Assembly: GCA_028534125.1 (NCBI GenBank)
Contig: CM052832.1
Location: 8,744,001 to 8,808,000, forward strand
Source: Lama glama
Taxonomy: Eukaryota
DNA length: 64,000 nt
Reading direction: 5' to 3'
Shown: positions 1-21,379 of the stretch, in pieces
Numbering within the stretch: position 1 is the first letter of the stretch
Layout: each line of letters begins with the position of its first letter
Program-made: the position numbers and the translations under genes
Notes under the pieces: model-generated
What the model was told of the DNA's origin: nothing
Databases searched by the model: none
The model's input: only the letters and a program-made list of their open reading frames with translations

Positions 1-306
1 CCGCATCTATGAAATGGGCACAATCATCCCACTTGGCCTCCTGCAGAGTTTTCATGTGAAGTACCTCAAAGCACTTGGCTTCATTATTTGTTAAGTGCTG
101 GAGTAATAACATAAGGAACACGCAACATCACCAAAGGCTTGTTTTGAAGCTTAAATGAGTTAATGCAGGAAAAGCACTGAGAACAGCATGAGCTCTTGAT
201 AAATCTTAGCTGTGACTACTGTTTACAAAGAGCACAAAACAGTTTCATGCAGTTGGAAGACCAGGGGAGGTGCTCAGGGCCAAGCTGGCAGGGGTGTGGG
301 GCCTCA

Positions 307-8485
<8,179 letters not shown>

Positions 8486-11169
8486 TTAGGGCCTAGGACC
8501 CCCTTGCAGTTACAGAATAGAGGAGCTCCGTTCTCCTGGCAAGCATCCTTCCCTGGCCCACTGGATAGACGCTCCAGGGGTCACTGGGGGAAGCATTGTG
8601 TAAACACCTGGGTGGAGGCCAGAGAAGACAGAAATGCTATCCATGGAAAGGGAGATGCAAACTACAAACTGGAGATGTGAAAATCAACAACGGGAGACAC
8701 ACGTGATAGAAAAAGGAGAGGAAAATGATGTGTGAACCGGCTGTTGGGAAAGCGTTTCCCAGAGACATATGCTCACTAATGTGGGGGAGACTTCCTAACC
8801 AAGGGGTGCATCAGACTGGGATAGATGCTTAGGTAGGGGAGATCTGGGCCAAGAAGGACCAGCCTGAGTGACTCAATCCGTGGCCCCCACACCCACACCT
8901 TCCCTGTTCCACCCTGGGCCCAGGGAGCTGTGCATCTGAGATTTACCGAAGGGAGAGAACTGCTGGCCAAGGGGTGACCCATGGAAGACACACACCAGAG
9001 TGACAGAGACCTGCTAGTCAACCATGGGAGATGTGAGCATCAGGAAATAAGGAGCTACCCAGCCCTCTGAGGATGGTGCTGAGTGAGGAGTCGGCAACCG
9101 TTCTCACTGCTGAGCCCCAACCACTGACACTGCCATGGGGGTGAGAAGCAAGAATGTGAGTGATGGGGTGAACATAAGGGGATGGACTAAGACATGGATT
9201 TTAGAGGGATGACAGCCCTGTAGCTACTCAGAGGGGGAGAGGCAGGATGAATTGAGGGGAGGTGGGGACAGCAGACCTAATAGAAAGCAGGAGGAGTGAC
9301 AGGGAGTAGTGGATTTGGATGGACATGGGGTGAGAGAGCCTCTGACCACACCTTTCTGTGTCTGTTCAGGAACTGACAAAAAGAAACACAGCTCTTGCCA
9401 CATTTGGATAGGTAGAAGCTTGATAACAGGGGAGTGTTCCAAGTGAGGGCTGGGAAAGCCAGCCAGTGTTATCCAGAGAAATGTCAGTGTGGGCAGGTGT
9501 GTGTCTCTTTGTGTATCCCTCTGTGTGAGTGTACACGTGTATGTCTTTGTGTGTCCTGCGTGCATCTGTGTGTTTGTGTCTTTGTGTCTGTCTGTGTGAT
9601 TGCCTGTGTGTAGGCAGGGGTCAAAAGAGAGGCTTTTTGAGCTCTCTGCCAACCCAGTACAGAGAGGGAACCAGGATCTTTTCTTCTTTCTCCCTACACT
9701 TTTTATAAGCACTTGGCTCTGCCCTCATAGAGATCCTGGAGAGTCACAGAGGAAAGGAAGTTAGGCCAGGTTTGGTGGGGGAAGTTAAAAGGAGGAAAGT
9801 TCCTAAGATACCTCTGGATGGGGTGGGAACTCCATGAGCCTCTCTTTCCTTGGGATGGACTAACTCCCCAGGGCTCCTGTGTCTGGCCATCCTGGTACAG
9901 GAGCAGTGTGGGATAGTGAAGGAGTGGAAACAACCTTCAACAGGTTACAGCATGCTGCCAGGGACATGTAAAGATAAGATCTTCATGGAAAGGGACACTG
10001 TCACTCTTTCTGTCTTTCTTCAAATGACTCAGCTGACTGTTTCCTCCAAGCCACACAACTTCAGAATATCAGAATCGTGGAGTATCACATAGGCCTCTGC
10101 TTTCCTTCTACCAAGCAGTTATGGGGAATCAGGAATTCGGAGGGTAATGAGGACAGTGGCAGGATGAAGGGAGAGGTAGGGGTGGGGATTCTGGAATAAA
10201 GGTGGAGGCAGGTTAAGGACAAGATTGAAGAAGCAATTCAACCAGTAGGGAGGGAACCTTAAGGAGTTAGACAGGGTGATCTCCAGTGGGCTTTCCAGTC
10301 CTGTGATGGTGGATTCTATAGATTGATGAGGGAGATGTGAGTCCTGCTCCCATTTTATAAATGGGCAAGCATAGAAGGAAGAGGTGAGGTGGGAAAAGGG
10401 GGAGTGGAGATAGGAGAATAAATGAGGGTTTCTTGCCTTTGCCCACCATCCTTCCCACTCCCTACCTCAGAGGACTGCACTTAGCCCAGGCTAGGGTTGG
10501 ATGACACGAACACGAGGAACCTGGCTGCCCCATGACTGCCCCCTCAGGACACTTTGATGTGTGGAGGCATGGGTGTGTAGTGAGGTAGGGCTTGTGGAGG
10601 AGGTTTTTATGATTATCTGTCAGGGAGTGTGCATGTATAAGAGTGTGGGCCAGTGATGTGGGGGGTGGCGGTATACTAAGTGGTTAGGAGTTCATCATGG
10701 CACGTGCATATAGGTGTTGATGTGCACCTATGCAAGGTGTGAGCCAGGTGTGTGGGGGAATCTGAGAGCCCAGGTAAGAAGAGGTGAAGGAGATTGGTGA
10801 GTGGTACTGGGAACACATGAAAAGAGATGTGGAAGGGGGCAGAGGGGAATGCAAGGAACAAGGGGTGACAGGATCGGAAGAGAGGGTTGCATAAGATAGA
10901 AACAGGTGAGGGATAATGATGACAAGTGATGAGGGGACAGGACCCCAAGAGGTGTTTGTGGGTACAGTTGAAGGAGTGAGGAGGGAAGTAAGGAGGCTGA
11001 TGGCAGGAATGGAGGGACTGAAGACAAGGAGAGAGGTTATGAAGACAGCTGGGAACGACTGTCAGGGATGACAGGGGAGTGAAGCCTTAGGGTCCAGGAC
11101 AGAGGTTAGAAGCCAGGAGCAAACCCCTTGGAGGACAGGCTGGAGAGGGTGGGTATGTGTGCTGGGGGG

Positions 11170-11760
11170 CAGGGCGCTGTTCCAGGCCTCGGGATGCGGC
11201 CCAGGCTGTGTAGGCCAGCGTCCCAGCTCGGGCGGAGACGGCACAGGGAGGGGGAGCTGGGGAAGGCTGCGCTGGGAAGTGAGCCAGGCCAGAGGCCCGA
11301 TGGGCCCACAGAAGGGGCCCCCTCCCCGAACCCGCCCGGCCCGCCGGCCCGGCCCCGCCCCGCCTCGCCTCACCTGCTCTGTGCCCGCTGCGGCTGCGGC
11401 TGCGGCGGCGGAGGCAGCGGCTCGGGGCGGCGCATCCCCCGGGACCGGGGCGGGGCGGGGACGGGGGCGGCTCAGTGCGGCGCTGGATGGCCCGCTCCCT
11501 CCGGCGGCAGCGGCGGCGGCGGCGGCCTCCTGACCGGGACCATCCCGGCCCGGCCCGACCCGGCCCCGATCCTCCTCGGCGACAGCGGCGGCAGCGGCAG
11601 AGCGGGGAGCTGCCCACAATGCACTGCGTCGCCAGCATCAGCACCAGCCCTGACATCACCACCTCACCGCCCCGGCTCTTACATCACCGTCCTTGCTCTG
11701 ACATCACATTCTACTCTGCTGCTCTCCGATCCTGCGGCCCTAGGACTCTCTCTCGGATGG
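11170..11760. promoter_or_regulatory. TTBK1 CpG-island promoter
   Basis: Very high GC and CpG density, several GGGGCGGGG/CCCCGCCC GC boxes, and bZIP-type sites TGACATCA (twice) and TTACATCA at 11650-11707. Confidence 0.85.
11374..11660 (-). other. TTBK1: TTBK1 non-coding exon 1 (GCC-rich 5' UTR); transcription start approximate
   Basis: Donor CAG|GTGAG at 11374/11373 inside a CpG island with short GCG/GCC runs. The exon 2 acceptor is at 8449, upstream of the ATG at 8395. Confidence 0.75.
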
Positions 11761-12349
11761 ACCTGCTCCCGCTCTTAGGTTGTCCTCACTGATCTCTTCT
11801 GTGCACTTGACCCCCACCTCCATCACTCATCTCTCTCCACAAACCTCACCTGTCTCCATCAATTTTTATCTTCTCCAGTCCCAGGATGTCACTGTCACTC
11901 CTCACCTGTTCCCGTCAGCCTCAGTTGAGTCTCCAACGCATCCTCCATATGTTCATATTACTTTCCTCTAGACTCATTTCCCCTCACCTGTACCCATCCT
12001 CCCATATGAGGACCCCCCCCCCATTTCTTCTAACATCATCACCTGTAACTCTCACCTCGCTGTATACATGACTTACCTCCTGGCTCAACTTGGCCCTTTC
12101 TTTTTTTTTGGCCTCTTCTCCCCTCTGTTGACAAACCCTCATTTTTCTCTTACCAAATAACATGCATACTCCTTACTATGACATGAAACTTTCTTCCCAA
12201 TATGGGCCCGTAGAGACTATTACTACCCTTCTGACTGATTGGATTGCTCAGCATTCCCTGGACATTCTTTGCACTTTGTCTTTCTCAGGTCCTTCCTTCC
12301 ATCCTTCATGTCTTCAACAAATGCACATTGAGTACCTTCAACAACAATA

Positions 12350-12590
12350 ACAACAATAATAGAGGTAACGATTTATTCCTGCCAGACACAGTCCTGACTT
12401 TATGCATATTAACTCATTTAACCCTCACAACAACATTTTGAGGTAGCAGTACTATTGTTATACCCATTTTATAGATGAGGAGACTAAGATGCAGAGAGAT
12501 TGAGTTATTTGCCTTGGGTTACATGCACAGCTAGCAAGGGGCATAGCTGGGGTTCAAACCCTGGCTCCATAGTTCATGCCCCAAAACTCT
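12350..12590 (-). mobile_element. MIR SINE
   Basis: ctcatttaaccctcacaacaac...cccattttatagatgaggagactaagatgcagagag. Confidence 0.75.
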
Positions 12591-12819
12591 ATGCTGGGAA
12601 GAAGGATCACTGAGTCTGCAAGAGTAATCAGAGGAGGCTTCTCAGAGGAGGTGTATTCAGCTGTAATTTGAAGGATTAGTAAGAGTTTTTCAACAGATGA
12701 GTGGGGCCAGGGCACAGGCTGAGAAGACAGCATGTGGTGAGTTGGGGGTGACCATGTGCAAGTTCATGAAGGGCCTTTTGTGCCGTGTTAAGACAACTGG
12801 ATTCTTTCCATTTAGTTTT

Positions 12820-13262
12820 TGGAAGCATAGTGGCCAATGTGGTGAGCCATCCAGATCCCCCTTCAGAATCTGGGGACTCATTACCCTGGCTGCCGGGGGT
12901 GCTGAAGATTCACAGCTCTCAGCTCACTCTCTCTCTGAGAATTGCCATTGGCCAAGGGAGCTGCCTCATCCACAATCACGTGCCCTTCCTGGGGCATCCC
13001 ATAGCCAATCGATGATCAGCCTGTGAGCACCAAGGCCAGGTCCTCACCCCAACTCAAGGCAGCTCTGAAGGGACATCCCATTTACAAACCCCTGTTAGGG
13101 TCAGCTAAGGCTTCGACTGAGGCTGCATCAAAGCTCAGAATCTCCTCTGCCCAGTGCTGCTTCCTTCACTCCTCCCCAAATGTTGATAGTCAGAGCACTT
13201 CCCCATAAGCCTCCTGCATGAGCATCTCTGTCTCAGAGTCAGTATCCAGGGGATTCGGACCT
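12820..13262 (+). mobile_element. ERVL-type solo LTR (LTR16-like)
   Basis: Ends ...ataagcctcctgcatgagcatctctgtctcagagtcagtatccaggggattcggacct, resembling LTR16 3' ends, and interrupts an L2-like fragment. Confidence 0.5.
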
Positions 13263-13930
13263 CTAGACAGAAAATCACTGGAGAATTTTGAGCAGAGATA
13301 AGACACAGTCTTCTTTGAGGATTGGGTTAGAATTCAGAGTTGTCTTTTTTCTTTTTCAGTATTTTAGAAATGTTGCTCTACTGTTTTCTGGCTTGCATTT
13401 GTTCTGATGAGAAATCTGCCATTATCCTTATCTTTGTTTCTCTGTATGTGATGTCTTTTATCCTGCTGGCTACTTATATGATATTCTCTTTATCATTGGT
13501 TTTACTCTATTTGACTATGATGTTCCTTGGTGTAGTTTTATGCATGTTTCGTGTGCTTGGGGTTTGTTGAGCTTCTTGTATCTGTGGATTTATAGTTTTC
13601 ATCGAGTTTAGAAAATTTTTGGCCATCATTTACTCAAATATTTTTTCTGCCCTCCTCTTTCCTTCAGAGACTCTGAATACCCTGCATACAGACTGTGCAA
13701 GTTGTCCCACAGCTCAGTTATGCTTTGTTCATTTTTTTCTAGTCTTTTTTCTATGTTTTATTTTGGATAGTTTCTACATTTATTTATTTCGGTTTATTAA
13801 TCTTTTATTTGCCAGTGTCTAATCTGGTATGAACCCCATCCAATATATTTTTCATTGTAGTTTACATCTCTAGAAGTTCGATCTGGGTCTTTAAAAAAAT
13901 CTTCTGTGTTCCATTTTTCTCTAACTTCTT

Positions 13931-14056
13931 TTTTTTTTTTAACGAGGGGGAGGTAATTGAGTTTATTTATTCATATTTGGAGGAGGTAACAGGGATTGAA
14001 CCAGGACCTCGTGCATGCTAAGCATGCACTCTACTGCTTGAGCTATACCTTTCCCC
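13931..14056 (-). mobile_element. tRNA-derived SINE resembling camelid Vic-1
   Basis: Reverse complement reads gggg..aggtatagctcaagcagtagagtgcatgcttagcatgcacgaggtcctggttcaatccctg..aataaataaac..tacctcccc, then poly-A. Target-site duplication ctaacttctt at 13921-13930 and 14057-14066. Confidence 0.8.
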
Positions 14057-14262
14057 CTAACTTCTTAAACATATGGAATAGTTATAATAACTCTTTTAAT
14101 ATACTTGTTGACTAATTTTATTATCTGAACAATTTCAGGATCCATTTCAATTGATTATTCTTCACACTGTGGGTCATATTTTTCTGTTCCTTTCCATACT
14201 GGAATTTTTATTTTATTTCTTAAAATTTTATTGAAGTATAGTTGATTTACAATATTGTGTTA

Positions 14263-14298
14263 TCCCCAGTACCTCCATTAAATTAAAAAACAAACAAA
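14263..14298 (+). mobile_element. Severely 5'-truncated SINE 3' end with 14-bp target-site duplication
   Basis: tccccagtacctccattaaattaaaaaacaaacaaa, flanked by acaatattgtgtta at 14249-14262 and 14299-14312. It matches the 3' part of the SINE at 36354-36459. Confidence 0.75.
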
Positions 14299-14711
14299 AC
14301 AATATTGTGTTAGTTTCAGGTGCAGAGCAAAGTGATTTGGATATATTTTTTTCAGATGCTTTTCCATTATAGGTTATTACAAGATATTGAATATGGTTCC
14401 CTGCACTATACAGTGGGTCCTTGTTGTTTATCTATTTCATATGTAGTAGTGTGCATCTGTTAAACCCATACTCCTAATTTTTCCCTTCCCTTCTTTTCCC
14501 CTTTGGTAATCATTGATTTTTTTTAATGTCTGAGTCTGTTCCTGTTTTATAAATATGTTCATTTATATTGTTTTTTATGTTCCACATATAAGTGACATCA
14601 TATAATATTTGTCTTTCTTTGACTTACATCAGTTAGTATGATAATCTCTAGGTCCATCCATGTTGCTAAAAATGGCAATATTTTATTCTTTTTTATGGCT
14701 GAGTAACATTC

Positions 14712-14713
<2 letters not shown>

Positions 14714-14752
<39 letters not shown>
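14714..14752. repeat. (GT)n microsatellite
   Basis: About 19 GT units followed by a TA-rich tail, inside an L1 3' end. Confidence 0.9.
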
Positions 14753-14762
<10 letters not shown>

Positions 14763-15454
14763 TATACACACCACATCTTCCTTATTATAATTTTTTATTA
14801 GATGTTAAGTACAGTGACTTTTACCTGGTGGGGTCTTGGATATTTTTGTATTTCAGTAAATATTCTTGGGCTTTGTTCAGGATGCAGTTAATTCACTTAG
14901 AAACAGTTTGATCCTTTCAAAGCTTATTTTTAAGTCTTTGATAGTTGGGAACTGAACAGCACCTATTCGGGCCTAATTTTCCCCACCACTGAGGCAAACC
15001 CTTTGGCATCATTTACCCAATGCGCCATGAATTATGAGGTTTTCCACATCAGCTGGAGGGAAAGTCACAATTTCCATCCTTGTGTGAGCTCTGAAGATTG
15101 TTCGCTCTGCTCTTTTCAGGTGGTTCTCTCCCACCTCAGATGATAGTTTTCTGACACACATGTGCTGAATAGCTGACCAGCACCGGGAACCCACTGGAGA
15201 TTCCAGATCTCTCTCTCCTATCCTGTGCTCTGTCCTGCAAACTAGCTGTCTTGCCTTGCTGAACTCCCTACCCCATCTCCCCAGCTCAAGGAGACAGCCT
15301 GACTCAGCCTGGGTCCCTCCTGCCTGCAAACCTCAACCTCACCTGGCTTGTTTCTGGTCTTTCAGGAGTCACTGTCCTGTGCTGCCTGATGGTCAATATT
15401 CAAACATCTTTGTTTCGTACATCCTTCCAGTTTTTGGTTGTTAAACATGGAAAA

Positions 15455-16065
15455 GTATAAGCAAAGGAAACCATCAACAAAATGAAAAGGCAACGCCTAT
15501 GACACGGGAGAAAATATTTGCAAATCATATATCTGATGAGGAGTTAATATCTAAAAAGTATAAAGAATTCATACAACTCAATAAAAAATCTGATTTAAAA
15601 ATGGGTAGAGGATCTGAATAGACATTTTTCCAAAGAAGACATACAAATGACCAAAAGGTACCTGAAAAGGTGCTCAACACCACTAATCATCAGGGAAATG
15701 CAAATCAAAACCACAGTGAGCTCTCCCTTCACATCTGTCGGGATGGCTGTTACCAAAAAGATAAGAAATAAAAACCAGTGTTGGTAAGGATGTGGAGAAA
15801 AGAGGACATTTGCACACTGTTGGTGAGAATGTAAACCAGTGAAGCCATTATGGAAAACAGTATGGAAGTTCCTCAAAAAATTAAAAGTAAAACTACCATA
15901 TAATCCAACAATTCCACATCTGAGTATTTATCTAAAGAAATGAAGTCACTATCTTCAAAAGATATCTCTGCACCCCCATGTTCATTGGAGCATTACTTAC
16001 AATAGCCAAGACATAAAAATAACCTAAGTGTCCATTGATGGACGAATGGATAAAGAAAATGTGAT

Positions 16066-16098
<33 letters not shown>

Positions 16099-16670
16099 CA
16101 CGCACACACACACACATATATATGATATATTAGATATTAGATATATATATTATATACACAATGGAATATTACTTAATTATTAAAAAAGGGGAATCCTGCC
16201 AGTCACAACAACATGGATGGACCTTGAAGGCACTAAGCTAAGTGAAATAAGTCAGACAGAGGATAAATACTGCACTGTATCACTTACATGTGAAATCTAA
16301 AAAAAAAAAGAGAGAGAATTCATAGATACAGAGAACAGATTGGTGGTTGCCAGAAGTGGAGCGTGGAGTGAGTGAAATAGGTGAAGGTGGTCAAAGGTAC
16401 AGACTTCCAGGAATAAGATAATTAAGTCCTGGGGCTGTAATATACAGTAAGGTGACCATAGTTAACACTACTGTATTGTATATTTGAAAGTTACTAAGAA
16501 ACTAGATCTTAAAATTTCTCAACATGCAAAAAATTTTGTGAGTATGTGTGCAGATGGATGTTAACTAAACTTATTGTGGTGGTCATTTCAAAATATATAC
16601 ATATGTCATATCATTATATTGTATACCTGAAACTAATATGTTATATGTCAATTAAATTTCAATTTTTAAA
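15455..16670 (+). mobile_element. L1 (L1MA-like) ORF2 C-terminus and 3' UTR
   Basis: gcaaaggaaaccatcaacaaaatgaaaaggcaac..., gggaaatgcaaatcaaaaccacagtgag..., aacatggatggaccttgaagg..., tacctgaaactaata. Confidence 0.88.
16066..16160. repeat. Compound (CA)n(TA)n microsatellite within L1
   Basis: acacac..atatat..acgcacacac..atatat. Confidence 0.85.
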
Positions 16671-16679
16671 AATCCATAT

Positions 16680-19300
16680 AAGAGAAAGCATGACAAACAC
16701 ACACACACACACACAAAGCAAAGCAAAAGCATAGTAGCTATAAAGTGCAAAAAAGATAATAGGAAAAACTTCTAAGCATGTAAGTAATCACAATAAATAT
16801 AAATGGATGAACTCCACTGATAGACCACTGGCTTTTTAAAAATGCAGATATAAGCTGCTTACTAAAGACATGCTTGGAATACAGAAAGGTTGAAATTAAA
16901 TATGTAAAAATAGATGAGTCCAAAAGAACTCATTAGGAAAAAAAGTGGGTCACACCATAAGGACAAAAGTATACCACCAAGAACATGTAACAATTCTAAA
17001 CTTGTGCTCAACTAACAGTCTCAGAATACAAAGTAAGAATGGGTAAAATTACAAGAAAAAAATTAAAAATCCACTGTCAAAGGGAGATTTTAACAAAATT
17101 ACCTTAGCAACTGATAGATCAAATGGGTTAAAAAAAAAAGTAAAAATATAGAAAATTTGAAAAATAAAAATATAACAAACAAACTTGATGTAACGTATGT
17201 GTGCATAGACTATTGTATATATTATCTAAAATTATTATATATAATATCTGTTTGATATTATACTATTATATACATAGATATCTGCTATACATAGATATCA
17301 ATATTATATACATACATATATACATAATTGATATTGTATGTATATAATATATAGTTACAAGTACAGTTAATATGTACTATATATATGGGTCTGAAATAGA
17401 CAATAAAATTTTAAGATTTGATAAAACTGGGTAGTGGATACAGTGATATTTGATACACTATTCTCCATACTTTTCTCTTACTTGCTACGTTTTGTAATAA
17501 ATTTTAAAATTCATAATTATTCACAAGAAAATACACAATTGAGCACTAAGGCTGAATTTCCTACTTTGGCTTCTACAGATGCCTGACACAGAAACAGGAC
17601 TGAGTCCAGATGTTCCCGCCTTTCACAACATTTCCATAAGTGATGTCACCAGCAGGACAGCATCCTAGCCACTGGCATGGGGACGGAATCAGACCAAGAA
17701 TGTACCCAAGTAAGGTAGGTGTAGTATATATGAGGACAGAGATTCTCAACCCTGTTCCCCCTACAACATATCTGAGAAAGGAAAGTCACATTTGAAAAGC
17801 AAACAAACAGACAAAATACGTGAGAGGGTAAATCTGGTCCCTGCTACTCCTTCCTGGCTGGCAGTGATGTTTGATCTGGGTGTTAACTGCGGGAATGTGA
17901 GGATAAACTGGAAGGGGTCCTCCACAGGCTTCATTTATGTTTCTTTGAATCTCTCCATCCTTCACACATCGCTGCATGATATTAAGTGGATTTCACCGAT
18001 TCCTGAGCTAAGTTTGGCCCTTCCCAAGCCAAATAGAGTCTAAAGTCTGACTCCTCATTACTCCTTTTATAGCTCCTTTAGTGACCACTGAGTAAGTCAG
18101 TCCTGCACAAAACATGTGCTTTAAAAAAAAAAAGTATCTGCAGAGCTATAGATTGAAAAAGACTTTAAAAAGGCATGTAGAAAATGAGTAAGGTTCAACC
18201 ACCTGTCTAGGGATGCACACTATTTATGTCTTTTTTTGTCCTTAGTATAAAAGTAAGGGCAGTGGTTACTTTTGGAGGAATGGGAAAGCTGTAACTGGGA
18301 TTGGACACATGGAAACTTCTGCATGGCTGATGATCTATTTCTTGACATGAGTGGTGGTTACAGGAATATTTTATAATAATTCATTTGCCTTAAGGTGGTG
18401 TTCTGCATTTTCATGTCTTTTAAACATTTTTTATTGGGGTATCCAATGAATGAATGAATAGGTCTGGGCACAGAGCATCAGTGGTTTCTAACATCCAAAA
18501 AGAGAGACATCTATACACTGTGTGCCCCATGATGGCAGCGCACACCACCTGTGAAGTAGTGTTGTTCACAGATGAACCTGAATCTGATCATACTTCTAGA
18601 TCCAAAACCAATTTATAGGACGGAAGGATACTTTAAATGGCACTACAGGAATATAATCAGTAAACTGCTGACTGTAGGATATCTTCAGGACAGGTGAGGG
18701 GAGGAGAGAAGATATGCAGGGGGAAGGTGTTAATTAAAAGAGACTTAAAAAATATGTCCACCAATCACAATATGTAAACTTGATGTGGCTCCTGATTTTA
18801 AACAAATTGTAAACAAACATTTATAACATTTCTAAGACAGCTGGAAATTTGAACACTGTTAAAATATTTGATGACAGTAAGAAAATGTTACTAAATCTTT
18901 CAGCTGTGATAATAGTGTTGTGGTTACTTTTTTTAAGAGTATCTTTAGAGACACATATTAAAATATTTACAAATGAAATAATGTGATCTTGAATTTGCAT
19001 CAAAATAGTACAGTGAGGAAATTGGACATTCATATAGATGAAACAAGATTTGTCATAAATTGATCATTGTTGAATTTCATATTTTCCATACTTTATTTTT
19101 GCTTTTTAAAAAATAGCTTTATGAGGAATAATTTATATATCAGTAAAACTTGCCAGTTGTTAAGTATAAATTTAATAATATTTTGTAAATTTGTAGAGTT
19201 GTACAATCATCACTACAATCCAGTTTTAGAACATTTCCATCACTCCAGAAAGTTTCCTTGGGCCCTCTGCAGTCTAATAAGTAGTGCACATATCTCAATT
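16680..19300. mobile_element. Degraded L1M fragments and TA-rich low-complexity DNA
   Basis: A-rich L1 ORF2 and 3'-UTR-like segments (ccagtttatagga-like and ctggatatttgatga-like motifs); TA-rich stretch at about 17200-17390. Confidence 0.55.
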
Positions 19301-19425
19301 TAAAAATTCTTTATTGCTAAAAAATGCTAACCATAATCTGACAACGCAGCATTGCCACAAACCTTCAATTTGTGAAAAAAAAATGCAACACTGCAAGCAA
19401 AGCACAACAAACAAGGCATACCTAT
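19300..19425 (+). mobile_element. Tigger1-family DNA transposon 3' end
   Basis: tattgctaaaaaatgctaacc...ccacaaaccttcaatttgtgaaaaaa..., ending in a degenerate terminal inverted repeat (aaggcatacct-ata). Confidence 0.6.
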
Positions 19426-20539
19426 ACTGTATCTGAACTGTACCCTATGCAAACAAAGTACATAATTAAGGCAAGATAACATCTCTTACCAACTTTATGG
19501 AGGAGGAAACTGAGACTCAGAGGGTTTAAGGGACCTGACCAAGGTCATAGAGCTAGCAAGTAACTGAATTAGGACTTTTCTGGCCTCTGGTCACCTGGTG
19601 AGACACTTTCCCCACCATGCTGCGAGGCTAGCCTACCCACCATCCTTGTTCCCCCATCCCATCACTTGGTGTCCCGTCCCTCCTTCTCAGGCCTCGCTGC
19701 ATTGAGCCGAACATCTGAGCTGCCGGCCATGGCTGGTCCCACAGCTTCAGCCAACTCAGCTGGATACAGAACCAATGGCAGGCCTTTGTTTTCCATCTGG
19801 AGACAAAGTATCCCTTCTACTCTTTCTCCCTCAGGCTGAGCTGGAAGGGGAATGTCAGCCACTTCAGAAGTCTGGGCCCTAAGGAGATGGAGGCTAGTTT
19901 ATTTTCTTTAGGACACAGAGGCAGAAACAAGATGCTCTGTGTATATATGTGCATGTGAGTGGCTCACCCGTGGGGAAAACCAAAGGAAGATGTGATCAAG
20001 GGTTAGGAAGGTGGAGGAGGTCACTCATCAAGGACTCTGTCATCAGTGGCTGGCTTGCTGAGGATACAGGTGTGACTGCGTGTGAGAAGGTGCTGGGGGC
20101 ACTAGTGCACAGCTGTGCACACACGTTTGCCCTGTGGTCGGTGATCTTTGGAGTTGGGCCCCTCAGAGGACAGAGATATCCTAAAATCTCCTTGCCTTCT
20201 TTTGTGTTTTTGCAACTTTAAAAATTATTATAGTGTCTGCTCTGTAACCCCATACATTGCTATTGTATAGTTATTCAGGAAGAATTCAGAAGAAAGCACC
20301 CATGGTGCTTTCCTCTGGGGAGTGGGATTGGTGAATCAGGATTCCCATTCCACTGAATATTCTCTTGTTCAATTTGAATTTTTTGTCCAATATTTGTGCA
20401 ATTTTCCTAATAGAATGAAAGAGAAATCATTGTTATTACCAGTGAGCCACGCTGTGTTTGCCTGTCTTCATGAAGACCCTGCTTCTATCAGCTTAGTCTA
20501 GGGCTGAGCAGATTACAAAGTGCTATCAAATGCAAATTC

Positions 20540-21360
20540 TCATTTAATCCACTCATTCATTCAACAAATATTTGATAAATGTTCCTTGTGTACCAAGCAC
20601 AGTTCTAGAAGCTGGGGGTACAGCAGTGAACAAAACAGATCAAAATGCCTGCCCTCCTCGGGACTTACATTCTACTGTAGAAAGACAAACACCACCACTA
20701 ACAAACTGTATGGTACATGAGAGGAGGAAAGGCAAGGCAGAGAAGGTGATGGGGATGGGAGGCTGCCATATTGCAGAGGGCTCAGGGAAGGTGAGCTGAA
20801 CAGACTTGGAGGAAGTGAGGGCGTGACCAGGGAACTTTCCGAGAGAAAAGGGCTCCAGGGAACAGCAAATGCAAAAGATCTGAGGCAAAAGCATGGCCAG
20901 GTCGCTAGAGGAACAGCCAGGAAGCCAGTGGGACCGCAGAGAAGTCAGTGAGGGCAATCAGTGCAGCTGGGATTAGAGAGGAAAGAGGGTCTCCAGATCC
21001 TGTAAGGGCCGGTGGGACCACTGGGGCTGGGTTTGGGGTTTTACCCCAAGTGAGATGGGAGCCATTGGAGGGTTTGGCTGAGGAGGGTCATGACCTGACT
21101 GATGGGTTCACAGGGTCACCCTGCTGCAGACCAGACTGTGTAGCAGGAAAGTGGGGAGGCTGCTGAGAGAGACGGTGGAGACTAGGAGGAGGGTGGCGGC
21201 AGTGGAGGGGCAGGTAAGCGTCAGAATCTCTAAATATTTGTCCAGGAGAACCGATAGGAGTTGCCAGTGGATTGGATGTTAGGTCTGAAGGAAAGAGAAG
21301 AGTCAAGAATGACTCCGAGGTTTGGGGCCTCCAGCTGGGAGGATGAAGTTGCTTTTGGCA
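20540..21360 (-). mobile_element. L2 LINE remnant directly upstream of the DNPH1 promoter
   Basis: cattcattcaacaaatatttg..., gagccattggagggttt..gcagagg-like, gagtcaagaatgactccgaggtttgggg. Confidence 0.75.
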
Positions 21361-21379
21361 GAGAAGGGGAGACCTGGGG

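Larger units (their letters stand above)
13320..15440 (-). mobile_element. Old L1 fragments with a nested younger L1 3' end (about 14205-14790) and SINEs
   Basis: T-rich L1 antisense signature. Typical L1 3'-end text ttttattgaagtatagttgatttacaatattgtgttagtttcagg...tctaggtccatccatgttgc. Confidence 0.75.

Noticed and set aside
11638..11660. REST/RE1-like half sites (tcagcacc at 11639; tggtgctgag near 9073) in neuronal TTBK1
   Set aside because: Only the left half-site matches; the GGACAG half is missing.
11062..11792. Several long overlapping ORFs (185-216 aa) at the TTBK1 promoter
   Set aside because: Ala/Gly/Pro/Arg-rich products of a stop-poor CpG island; no evidence of coding.
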